A program made the translations under genes and the position numbers. A DNA stretch of 64,000 nt, from positions 33,232,001-33,296,000 of the forward strand of contig OX597832.1 in NCBI GenBank assembly GCA_951406725.2, given 5' to 3'. Below, in pieces: positions 50,731-64,000 of the stretch (the stretch's first letter is position 1; each line of letters opens with the position of its first letter). The notes beneath the pieces were generated by a model. The model ran no database searches. It saw only the letters and a program-made list of their open reading frames with translations, and was not told the DNA's origin. Source of the stretch: Octopus vulgaris. Taxonomy: Eukaryota.

Positions 50731-50887
50731 GGAATAAAATTACACGATACATGTTTATATTTTTCATTCCTTTTGAAGATTGCTCTGAAATGTGGTTTTG
50801 TTCGTTTTGACCACTTCTTCTAGCGTGTAAAACTGCTTGTTGAAGGCAGTTTATCTTGTGTCTAAATGTACACTGTTTTATATTGAG

Positions 50888-50964
<77 letters not shown>

Positions 50965-51008
50965 GTATATATGTAAGTATGCTTGCATGTATATATGTAA
51001 ATATATAT

Positions 51009-51402
51009 GCAGGAGTGGCTGTGTGGTAAATAGCTTGCTTACCAATCACATGGTTCCGGGTTTAGTCCCACTGCGCGGCACCTTGGGCAAGTGTCTTCTA
51101 CTATAGCCTCGGGCCGACCAAAGACTTGTGAGTGGATTTGGCAGACGGAAACTGAAATAAGCACGTCGTATATATATATATGTATGTGTGTGTATATGTT
51201 TATGTGTCTGTGTTTTCCCCCACCACCAACATTGCTTGACAACCGATGGTGGTGTGTTTACGTCCCGTAACCTAGTGGTTTGGCAAAAGAAGCCGATAGG
51301 CATACAAAAATAAGTCCTGGTGTCGATTTGCTCGACTAAAGGCGGTGCTCCAGCATGGCCTCAGTCAAATGACTGAAACAAGTAAAAGAGAGAGTAAAAG
51401 AG
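51009..51402 (+). mobile_element. tRNA-derived SINE with an internal (TA)/(TG) microsatellite
   Basis: Head gtggctgtgtggtaa...ggtttagtcccactgcgcggcaccttgggcaagtg, tail (gtaaaaga)n. Relatives at 26870-27226 (-), 19390-19550 (-), 57850-58065, 53225-53440, 48130-48260 and 62160-62290. Confidence 0.8.
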
Positions 51403-52281
51403 TGTATATATAAGCACACATTCACACAAACGCACATACATATATATACTTACATCTGATGACCAAGATCACAGAAGTAGACTCGTAATTCACGTGTATA
51501 ACTTTACATCTAAATTAAATATGTATACCTGTGGGTGTTTGTGTGCGCGTCTGTGTGCATGTACTTATGTTTACAGAGAAGTATAGCAAACCGTACTCAT
51601 CTCTTGTTTTAATAAATAAAATCTGTGTTCGCATCAGCGTGTTAGTGTCTGTGACTGAGCTGTGTGAGATAAATGATAAATGGTAACACAAATTAAGCAG
51701 GCACCAAAATCAGAAATAAAAATACTTAATGGAAGCCGATTAGTCTGCTATACAACAGTATAATTCTGCTTACTTAGATCTGGAAATAAATCTGCAATGA
51801 AATCTCCGTTGTGTAAATTATTTGAAAGACAACGCCATATTACATGAAAACAATTATATTAGCCTCTCTCTTCAAATATTAACTTTATCAGATTTATAAG
51901 GTCGGAACTGGTCTACAATTGATCGCGAGAAACAGCCACAGTGTTTCATAGAGAAAGCATTATCTCTCACACAGTAACAGCTCTAAATAAATGACCATTA
52001 CCCCATAGCTTCATTTATAATGTAAGATAGACAACATTGAAGTATCGTTTCATGGTTCTTTGGTGTATGTGTCAGCGTTGCAGTGTAATTGCTTCCATAC
52101 TGTGCATCGCCGTTTCAGCATTTGGTTAAGATAAGTAATGTAAATCTATGAATAGGTTTAATTGCATACATACGTACGTACGTACGTACATATAAATCTA
52201 TAGATATACTTATATAGAGAAATATATGTATAGTTACAAGTATACATATAAATAAATATAGACATACATACACACTCACGC

Positions 52282-52329
<48 letters not shown>

Positions 52330-52579
52330 GTATGTATATATATATTGTATGTATATATATATGTATAAATACACACACACACAGAGTCACACACACATAT
52401 ATATATATACTAATATGTGCGTATATACCTGTATATATATATATGTGTGTGTGTGACCGCATGTGTGTGTGTGAGTGTTTTCTTGCACATCTGTGTTTGC
52501 ATATAAACCGTCGGTTTTCTACTTTGTTGATAAAGTTTTGTTCTCATTTTGAAAAATCGCTATATATATATATACATAG

Positions 52580-53192
52580 CAAGGTGCAATGGTCTACAAA
52601 GAATCTTCTTGCAACCATCAATACTACTGAAACAATTGAAGTCCTGTCGTATAGCCCAGAGACCCATTGCCTGTAAGGGTTGTGGTCCAACTTGACATAC
52701 TCTTTCAGCCTATGATGTGTGATTGTTTCACCGTTTGTGAGATTTAAATTCAAAGCGCAACAGCAAAAATCTCCTATTTCATGTAGTCGCACACTCCTTT
52801 CTAACAATTCGAGTAAGAATCCGACGGTCCCTATCTGAAAGTTTTGGTTTTGTTCCAGAGTTTTGTTTCGACGAGGAGGTTTTTACCTTTTTCTCAAAGG
52901 CTGTCTTTACTTTCGGGGCAGTACTTCTTGATACATCAAACATTTCGGTTGTTTTCGTTAGGCTAGCGCCTGCCAACAATTTGTCCTACCTCTTTGAAAG
53001 TCGGATAGATCTGCCATTTTAATGAATTTAAATTACCTCTCTCCGGGGATATCTGATAATAAAGAGCAATTTTAGCAAAACATATTAAGGAACACTAATA
53101 ATAAATCAAAAAACATTAAAACAAACAAGCTTTTGACGGTTTTATAGATATTTCAAAATTATGAGGTGTTTCGATTATTTGTCCAACCCCTG
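52580..53192 (-). mobile_element. Tc1-family transposon 5' relic with TIR
   Basis: TIR-like end caggggttggacaaataatcgaaacacc (reverse complement of about 53165-53192). ORF 52779-52979 AGASLTKTTEMFDVSRST...SGTKPKLSDRDRRILTRIVRK is a Tc1 HTH region. Confidence 0.8.
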
Positions 53193-55303
53193 AAAAGATG
53201 TATAAGTATATATATACGATTGTGTGCGTTTGTTTGTGTTTATATTTGTCCTCCACGATCGCATGTTGCTGCGTTTATGCCACCGTAACATAGAAGGTCA
53301 ACCATAGCAATCGACAGAGTGTGTAGCAGTCGTTAAACAATACTAAGTACTGGTGTCAATTCCCGCGACTAAAATTCTTTAAGGTTTTATCCCTGCATGG
53401 CCGCAGTCCAATGAGTGAAGAACGCAAAAGATAAACGATAAAACATAAATCATATGCATACACACCCACGAATGCCTATACTTATGTGTATGTGTACATA
53501 CATGAATCGGTGTGGCTTTTTGCCTGTATCTGCGCATACATACAAATCTACCTACCTATCTACATACATACATATTGGCATGCATAAATACACACATACA
53601 TAGATGCATAGACACATACATACATATAATATTTGCGTGTGTGTGTGCGTGTCTATACACTCAAGTACACCAGTAGTTTGCGTTCGATTGGTGTTACAGA
53701 ATATCCACATTTCCATCAAGATTCGTAAGAAATAAAAGAAGCTGCAGGAAAGCAATAAAAACACATACGAGCAACAAGAGCGGAAAAAAAGAACAGAATT
53801 TAATCGAAAGGAAACGGTAGAGATGCAAACGTTTCCCTCATTAATAAAGAGATGAAAGAGAAAAAATATGTAAAGAGAGGAACAGAAAAGAAAGTAAATA
53901 TACGTCAGGTGAATAAAGAAAAAGATCTTTGTTGTTTTTACTGAAACAACATGGCGATTTACAAAGCGTCAGTGGGTAGAGCGGAAGTGTGAAGGTTGAT
54001 GGTTTGTAGCCAAAAGAGTGATAATAGCGGGAGATAAGAATGATAAGTTTGGGAAGATTTAAGGAAGCGTGTGATTTCGTAATGCTTGTATATGTGTGTA
54101 TTTGTGTGTATAAGTGTTTGTGGGTTTGTGTGCGTTTTGTGGAGGAGAGACACAGAAAAAAGAAACAGAGACAGACAAACAGAAAGTAGAACGTGTATCT
54201 GTAAGCTTTATGTAAGAGAAGATGCGTGTATTTTGGAAAATGTAAAGGGATGTGTTGTGCTTCAACTTGTTTGCGGTGAGCTAAAGGTGAAACATGTGAG
54301 TGTGCCTCTGTGTTACTTGTGTGTTGTGAGTGTTGAGAATAAATGATAAGTGTTTGTGTAATTGATAGAAGAGAGCTGTGTGTGTGTGTGCGGAGTGATT
54401 GTATAGTAGATGGGTAGATGAATGCACTTGCAAGTGTCTGAGTGTGGGTGAGGGTGTTTCAGATGAAATGGAAGGTTGTGTTTTTAAAGCTATCTGGATC
54501 ATTAATCTCAACATTGTTGGCTCATTTAGGTGAGAAATTAATTGTTGTGTGTGATGTAAACACTTAAAGGTTCTCCGTTGTGTTATACAATGCTGCTTGT
54601 GATAGTTCTCGTGGTGGGTGTGTCTGATTGCAGCATCGTGAACAGGACCTTGAGTGACCCGGTGTCGTTACGTTTAGAGAATACATATTCTGGAAAACGA
54701 TTAACAAGTCTTCTACACGGTTTCTGGATGTGCAATACGTCACAGACAAAGCATTTATACAAGAGAAGATATTCTTGATGGCCTGACTGAAGTGAATGTA
54801 ACATGAAAGGCTGAAGCAATGAGAGAAACTAGCAGAAACACCACCCTCCGGGCGTAGAAGTCTACGTGACTGTTTGTTTCTTTGTTTTTCTTTAACGAAT
54901 GGACTACGCGTGTTTTACTTCGGAATAATCATTCCATAAAATGTGTTTAAAGGGAGAAAAATATTGAAGAAACATCAATACATGTGAGAGTGAAATGGGA
55001 TGGTGGTTTGGGTTGTGCTAGAAACAACAGCGAAACATCCCTTGAATTGTTCTCCTTTTCCTCTGAAAATATTTACAATTTGTTGTGTTTAGTATTTATT
55101 TAGCGAAAAGGCTGCTCCCAGGGTTTTAGTTTAAAAAGGAAAATGGCCAAAATCGGTCCGGATACTTATTGTTGTAAGGCTTATAGCATTCCAAACAGCC
55201 ATAACTGGACATAACACTTTATTGTACCAGGGGCTTCCAGCCCTCAGTGACAAGGAGTGTTAAGTAGGGTGTGTTTAAAGTGTTTAGATGTCACAATTTA
55301 GAT

Positions 55304-55536
55304 CAGTGGCTCTCAATTGATCCAAATATAAGTGGTCCGGGTCGATATTTGAGGAGGAGGGCTATAAGATTGTATTTTTAAATTTTATGCACCAGAAGTT
55401 GGTTACATTTCTGCAATACACAAATATTTAAATATTTATATACAATTCTAAGTAATATTTACTTATGAAAATATAGAAAACATCAAATAAAAACATCTAC
55501 ATAAGTATAGAAGAAATAAATGATTGAAAACCACAG
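55304..55536. mobile_element. hAT-Charlie-type MITE
   Basis: TIRs cagtggctctcaa / ttgaaaaccacag. 8-bp TSD atttagat (55296-55303) / gtttagat (55537-55544). Confidence 0.75.
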
Positions 55537-56489
55537 GTTTAGATAGACATTGAAACGGCCTCAAGAAAACGAACGTAAGGATTCCTGGTGCCCGGGAGTA
55601 ATCGTGTTGTGAATGATCGAAACCGAAAACTCATGGTTCATGTATCCAAGAGGGGCAACGCAGATCAGTGGATATGACACCTGAAATTAAAAAGGTAACC
55701 AGCACACAGCATCCACTATACAAACACACACTCCCCCACACACACATACACACATACACACGCAAGCATACAAATATATAAATATATAAGAATATTTCAT
55801 TTATAGGGGTGTTCGTTCCTTTCGGGATATGTGTGTATGTGTGCGTGAGTATGTGTAATATGTATCTGTTAGCTATGTTTACAATTTCTTATTTTGTTGT
55901 GTCTGTTATTTTTTACTGAGCTCTTGCTCAACACTAATACAATTTACCTTTAGTTCGGCAAACTGCACCCCACCCCTATTGTAGTTGTTTTTTGGTGATA
56001 ATGAGATGATGATGATGATGATGTTGCTGCTGCTGATGGTAATGACGATGCTGGCCACAACGTCCATGGCGGTGAAGATGATGATGGCGATGGCGATGCT
56101 TCCACGATAGTGCTCTCGCTGTTTTTAAGATTGCTAGTGTTATGGCAACAGCGACTATTATACCAACGTTAATAGATGGGCAACAGTTGTAGTATTACTG
56201 TTACTCGTTCTTTTCCTCCCCCCCTCTCACTCTCTTTCTCTCTCTCTCCCACTCTATTTATTATCTATATATCTACAATACAGAAACAAAGACAAATTGC
56301 AATTCAATTGTATATAGGATCAATGTGTATTGTTTGTGAGAAGGATATTGCAATTTCGGCCATTTTATGCGATTCATTCTTTCACCTTCAGACTGACAAA
56401 CAGTGAAAGTTGTATCTGATACAATAGAAAATTGACTACTAATAATTGCATTGAAAATATTATCCAGAAATAGGAAACTGTGCTGCAAT

Positions 56490-56796
<307 letters not shown>

Positions 56797-57157
56797 CATC
56801 AATAACGACAAGAAGAATAACAGAATAATGAGAAAGACCCGAAGCATTTTTTGGCAAAAGATTTGCATTGAAGTGCATTTGTATTGTGTATCAGTATGCA
56901 AAGGATTGTTTTGTTCTGATTGCACACAATAACACAAACACACACACACACGCATAAACACGCGCATGTATCCATGTATATATCAAGATATATTTTCGTA
57001 TATATATGTATATAGATATGTATGTATATATATGCATATATATATATATAAATATACACACATATATATATATATATATACATGCATACAAATATTGTAT
57101 ATGCATATACATGTACAAACAAATCATTGATTCCATTTATGGAAAATATATATGTGC

Positions 57158-57258
<101 letters not shown>

Positions 57259-57673
57259 AATTGCAAAATGGGACAAGAACACAAAACATCCGGACAGCCA
57301 GGTGATACAAAAAAGGGTCAACAAAACATCCAGGTAGACGATACAAAGAAAACGAGGAAGGATCATTCGAAGCCATCTATCCTCTGTCAAACACCAGATT
57401 ATCTTCGCAATTTCGGCTGAATATTCAGGAGATTGCTCCAATCTGGCCAGCCCCAGGAAAAGCTAAGCTAAGACCATTGTATTCCTTGGAAGAAAGCAGC
57501 GAATGTATACAAAAGCAAGGATGGAAAAAAACCCCGAAATATGGAATGCAAGGTAAGTCTACATTAATTCACGTATTTGTTTCCATGGGATTTGCCTTGC
57601 ATTTACTTCGCATTGCTTGGGCCTTACCTTTATACAATATATTATACACAACGCTTCATAGTAATCATTCCAT

Positions 57674-57833
<160 letters not shown>

Positions 57834-58836
57834 TATGTCTGTATATATCCATGTGCGTGTGCCTTTGTGTCTCTATTCCTCCCTCGTAACCTATTAACAA
57901 CCAGAGTTTGTGCTTTTACGCCGTTGTAACTTAGCAGTTCGTGATAAAATCTCGATAGAATAAGACCTAGGTTTAAAAAATAAGTTCTGTCGTCAATGTG
58001 TTCGCCTGAAAGCCATCAACGCGGTGCTCCAGCAGAGTTGCAGTCTGATGAGTGAAAGAAGCAAACAGAATACATACACACGCACACACACGCACATGCA
58101 CATACCCACACACACGCACACGCGCACACACACACGCACACACATATAAATATGCACAAAAATATATGAATATATATATATATACATATATAAACATATA
58201 CTCATATATATATATATATGTGCATATGTGTATATACATATTTTACATGTATCTTGCATATATATTTAAATGCATACATACCTGAAGAAAAATTGATAGA
58301 TATGGATATAGATAGAAAGATAGATAGACATCCCCCATGAACAGATAAGTTTCTTTGTATAAACATGTATCCAGAGAGTGAGAGAGAGACAGAGATAGAC
58401 AGACAGACAGAAAGAGAGTAAGCGAGAGAGTGAGGAAGAAAGTAAAGGAGAGGGAGAGAGGGAGAGGAGAGAGAGAATGAGGGTGAGTGAAATAAAATAT
58501 CGCAATAATTGGCTTCAGTTTTTCTTTCCGAATATATCGCTGCACGTGTCTTTCTGATAGGTTTTATTGCCTTCGGTTTTCCTATTCTTTCTCTTCTGTT
58601 CCAATATGTATCCATTTGTTGCAGACTAATTCCAATGAACTCTACAAGAACCAGGATTATTATTTTTTTCTTTTTATGAGCCCTCAGAATTTAGTCTTAT
58701 CTGCTTACACACTTTCACACGCGCAAAATATCGCACAAATATATTTGATTACACGCATATATATATATGTGTATACGAGTGTATGCATGTGTATACACAC
58801 ACACACATACACACACACATATATATATATATACAT

Positions 58837-58876
<40 letters not shown>

Positions 58877-59047
58877 TTATATATACATGCATACCTACAC
58901 ACACACACACATACACATACATATACATATACATATAATATAATCGCTGGCGTATGTCAGTTTGTAAGCATATATACACGCAAACGCACACCAATGATTG
59001 ACATATACATTTATGCAAATACTAATAAATACATATATATACCTATG

Positions 59048-59153
<106 letters not shown>

Positions 59154-59380
59154 CATACATATATTTTTTTTTCTTGTACATGTCCATATGCCGAGTTGGC
59201 AGGAAGTACAAAAAATATAAAAAAATTACACCGACAAAAAAAATGAAATAAAAAGAAGTAAAAGTAATCTCACCTAAACATCACATGACAATAAAAATAT
59301 ATAACGACCCTCTCTAACGAAACATATTACCTCAATTACCTTATGCCACCCTGCTGGGTATATGACCAAGATTATCATCA

Positions 59381-59453
<73 letters not shown>

Positions 59454-59915
59454 TTATTATTATTATTATTATCATCATTATTATTATTATTATTATTGTC
59501 ATTGCTGTTGTATTATTATCAATATTGTTATTGTTGTATTATTATCAATATTGTTATTGTTGTTGTTGCTGTTATCATTATAATTAATATCCTTATTCTT
59601 CATATAATATTACTATCAGTAGTAGTAGTAGGAGGAGGAAGAGGAGGAGGAAGGAAGGAAGTAGTTAGACGAAGGGATAGGAGTAGAACGAGGGGAAGGT
59701 GGTGGGAGGTGTCGGTAGTATGGTGAACACGTTACGAATGAGGGAAACTATGTTGCTTCTCTGTCGCTGAATTCTTGCAAGGAAAATGTGACGAGACGTG
59801 ACTCAATGCCTGAAACAAACCTTGAGAATGAAATCTAAATACGTACAGCACACCAGCAGAAACATGCACATACATGTACGTACTTTACTCACATATTTGT
59901 ATGTATATCTACCTG

Positions 59916-60007
<92 letters not shown>

Positions 60008-60241
60008 GTCATCATAGAGTGCGCCAAATCATAGCATTTTCAGTCTGAAAAAAATAATTCCAATGCAGAGCAAATAGTTTGGCAGAAAAGATTTGCAAAG
60101 ATACCATCAACTCTATTATATTTGGTAATATTAGAGTTAATGATATATGAGCAAATGTTTTCTGCCGAACTATTTGCTGCGTAACGTAATTGTAGACATA
60201 CATACATACATATATACATACATACATACACACATACATAT

Positions 60242-60312
<71 letters not shown>

Positions 60313-61423
60313 CATACACGCATATATTCTGATTGAATCTACTTTGCATCAACATGTACCTCCTTGCGACATCGTAACCTTTAAACTAATCAAGATGTCC
60401 TTGCCTTGAAGACTACTCCGCCGTATTCAACTAACGTGGATTTTATCAATCCTGAGGTTTCTGGTTGTATATTTATTCTTCTTCTTTTCAACATCCTTGG
60501 ACAAATGTAAGTAAGGATGAGAATGAGTTCGTCACTCTTTAGTCTTGTTGTTCAATGCCTTTTGACCTCTTGCTTTCAGGCGAACCTCACTTCGGCACTT
60601 CTGTATTTTTCCTCCTCTCTCTGTAAGTCTTACGCTTCTGTCTGCTGCTGTGTTTTTATTCTTGTGCTTCTTGTTCGAATAGATTTCTATAGGAATGTCC
60701 ACGAATTAGTTTCTTGCTAGGACAGTTCTAGGGACATTCAGAGACACATTTCGTTCACATTTCTCCAAAATGCATTTTGCACTTTTACATTTACTTTCAT
60801 TTATAAAATGCTTTTCGTTAATGATGGATGTGGTGGTGGTGGTGGGTTTGCCGTTGGAACTGGTTGGGGTGGTGGAAGGAGTGGTGTTCCTCCTATTCAT
60901 GTCTTTCATTGTTCTTGTTGTTCTTTTTAATTGTTCCTGTGGAATGTTAGCTTTATACATTTTGCGTGCTCTGTTGTTGTTGTTATGGTTGTCGTTGTTT
61001 TTATTGCTGTCCTCATTGTTGCTGCTGTTGCTGCTGCTGCTGCTCTCATTAATACTGGCAATTTGGTTGTTCTGCTCTGTGGATAACTGGCGGTTTTTTT
61101 TCCTTCGGCAGACGAACAATTCTCAACGGCCCTCATATTTCAAAAACAAATATTCAGGGACGCTTCGCCAACCAAACCCTAATTTATCGTTTAAGGACTA
61201 CAGAAGGAGAAAGACTAACTACCCCACCCCATTAGGTCACGGTTAGATTATTTATACAACGGTAACAGATTTTTCATTATATAACTTTATGTAAGAATAG
61301 AAATAACAACAAACTTACGGGAACGATGTGTAATTTATGTCGATAGACGAACATCAACAACAGCGAAAGCAATATTCAATAATAATAACAACAATACCAA
61401 TTACAATAATAATAATAATGAAA

Positions 61424-61478
<55 letters not shown>

Positions 61479-61530
61479 TGAGGAGGAGGAGGAGGGGGGA
61501 GGAGGGTAACAATAATAATTATTAATAATG

Positions 61531-61562
<32 letters not shown>

Positions 61563-61578
61563 TATAATAATAATGATG

Positions 61579-61673
<95 letters not shown>

Positions 61674-62599
61674 TAATAATAATAAACTAATATGTTGAAA
61701 TGTAGAAATAAACGTAAAATTGACTAATAAAAATGAAGCCATACCAATCCATGATAGACACTTTCTGAAATGCCATTTTTTAGAATCATCTCATTTTATA
61801 GACATTTGCCCAACAACACATCACCATTCTATGAGAAAACGGTTATGTATTTTCTTAGTTTCTTCCTTATTTTTATGAATATATCCAGTTTTATTTATTT
61901 ATCATTTTAGTTATGTATGTATTTATTTCTTTTCTTGGTTCCATGCCAGACTGAATGCTTCAAAATAATATGATACTTGATATTACATTTTGCTATTTTA
62001 CGTCAGGGTGGGAGTCTTACTAACAAGAATATTAAAACTGCCATCTTCCATATTCTTGTGTATTTCTCATTATTTTATCTGTTGTAATTTTCATTTTGTT
62101 TTCTCCATGAAATCCTTCCGTTCCAAAGATAAATCTACAGTTGAGAAATTCTATTCGCCTCCATGTAATTCCTACTGTGATTCCTCTACGTAGAATATTG
62201 AGCAAGTGCCTTTTATTGTAAGCCTCCTGTTGACCAATAAATTTTGATGGAAATTTGGTCGATGGAACACCTGAAAACCCTGGGTAACTGTGTGTGTTAA
62301 TGTTTGTATATGTGTGTGAATGTGAGTCTGTGCGTAACGTCAATCTTGTGTGTATGTGTACACGTGTACGACTTACATGTATGCGTGGATATATATGAAT
62401 ATGAGTCTGTGTGTATGTGTGTGTGATTTGGTGTGTGTATGTGTGAGAGGGCGTGTAGTTATGTGTGTATGCTTGTGTGTCGCGCGTTGTAGTATAGTTT
62501 CACTATTTGATCGAAACCTATTCATTCGCTTCATTTACTTCAGCAAGTTTCTTCACGTGATTCTTTTTTTCAGGCCAACGTCTATTATTTGCTTTCCCT

Positions 62600-63330
62600 A
62601 AATTCTTCCGGGGCAAGATATCACTGGTGGATAAGAAGGAAGAGCGGGTCACCAGTAGTTCTAAATTTATGGGAACTCGAATTGTAAGTATAAGACATAG
62701 AAATTCTAGGTATTTCAGAGCAATTGATGTCACCATTTACTTCGAAATATTTGAAGAGAGTACAATAGGGCGATACAATAGTTACCCTAATAGCATGATA
62801 ATTCATAGCGTAAGAGTGGTTGCCTTGGTTGAGGATATATCACGGCGTAGACCTTTTCCAAAAATGAGAAAAAATACGTGCAGAGAGGTAGAAATTCAAT
62901 GGGGAATTGCTTGTAGTGAGTAATTTAGGTGCGCAGTGATTGAGGGGGTTGGAGGGTTCACAAACAGGACCTGTCGCAATTTTGAGTTGACTCAACCAAA
63001 AAACAGGTGGCTTGTGTATGAAATGTGGTGGATGTGGAGGTGAGAACAGGGTAGATTCTCTGGAGAATTGCCAAATATGTTTAGTGCAAACTTAATTAAA
63101 ATATGAGAATCGAAACTGGATTCTTTATTGGCATATATTCTACTCGCAGAAACATAGCTCTCCTGAAGTGTCAGGAAAAGGGGCTCGGCAAAGTTAGTGA
63201 ATATTTTTTCTGCAAAGAACAAATGGTAATTTCTGCGTTTGGTTTCATTATCTTACAAATGTTGCATTGCTTGTACACACCACCGAGTTTTTGAGTGGCG
63301 GTAAAATTTCCTTCGCCGGTGAGAAACGGT
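62600..63330 (-). pseudogene. Decayed LINE (CR1/Jockey-group) ORF2 RT-proximal relic
   Basis: Minus strand retains frameshifted ATGP.., FWK....NQGNHSYAMNYHAIRVT..FKYFE, resembling WK.A.V.PI.K.G......NYRPISL....K.FE. Confidence 0.5.
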
Positions 63331-63707
63331 GAATCAATTTCAGAAAAAAACTCGTTACAAAATTATTTGCAGAAATTTTCCAAATGCCTCGAGTCTCATA
63401 CCCACTTATTCTATGTTGCGCAATCTCTTGAATGTTAAGGTGTAATTGCTACGATTTGCTGCTGATTTTGTGCCGTTAGTCCTTCGTAAATATGTATTAA
63501 ATACAGTGAAGAAAAGATAAAGGAGTGACTAAATGATATTCTAACAACGCCACTTCACATTCCATCGTGAAGGGTTGTCCACAATTACTGGATGTTTAGG
63601 TAATAGCAGTGACTTAAATTCACTGAATTCAACGAAACTGTTGGATACAGGGAATGTTTGAATGTCCTATTAAAATTATCACGTACTGCAATGATGCCAA
63701 TATGTAC

Positions 63708-63738
<31 letters not shown>

Positions 63739-64000
63739 TGTATTATACATGTGTATATGTATTATGCATGTGTGTATGTATGCATGTATGTATGCATGTG
63801 TGTGTACATCTACACCTAAATCGATTGACGAAATCATGGAATATATTTTCAAAATATGTTCGCTTGAGAGTGACGGCTGCCCATTTTTTGTACTGTTTTG
63901 ATAAACCGTTCCTAAAGATGGGGATGGTCACGACTAAACCATCATTTAGCATAAATCTCATCACCAATAAGAACGAGAGAGACCGAGGTGAGGGATTGAG

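Larger units (their letters stand above)
50325..50885. repeat. About 260-bp diverged inverted repeat with about 55-bp spacer, lying between two (TA)n tracts
   Basis: About 50325-50582 vs 50636-50885, e.g. gcagttttacacgctagaagaagtagtcaaaacg / cgttttgaccacttcttctagcgtgtaaaactgc. Confidence 0.9.

Noticed and set aside
58040-58062. CTGATGAGTGAAA minimal hammerhead
   Set aside because: It is a mutated SINE tail (cagtcaaatgactgaaac) with no helix I or III.
60706-61246. Hydrophobic 158-aa ORF that looks like a membrane protein
   Set aside because: It derives from degenerate (GTT)/(GCT)/(GGT) trinucleotide repeats.

Overview
AT-rich eukaryotic genomic DNA dominated by microsatellites ((TA)n, (CA)n, (GA)n, (TAA)n, (GAA)n, (GATA)n) and transposable-element debris. 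The SINE families resemble those of octopus/cephalopods (inference from recognition, not searched). There is no confident host protein-coding gene, and nearly all listed ORFs are microsatellite translation artefacts. The only long real ORF (10435-12306, +) is the RT/zinc-finger/restriction-like-endonuclease part of a 5'-truncated R4/Dong-clade non-LTR retrotransposon inserted in a (TAA)n array, and at least five further Dong-type remnants also abut (TAA)n. Other elements are Tc1 and mariner relics, a non-autonomous Helitron, a HINE-like element, a hAT MITE, tRNA-derived SINEs with target-site duplications, a LINE RT relic and a Penelope-like GIY-YIG relic with inverted arms. The most notable hidden signal is about a dozen type-I hammerhead-ribozyme motifs (CTGANGA-stem-GAAA-palindromic helix III-NUH), several with intact core and helices. 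They sit in short non-coding repeats next to (TA)n tracts and in inverted-repeat pairs, which points to Penelope/retrozyme-like non-autonomous elements.
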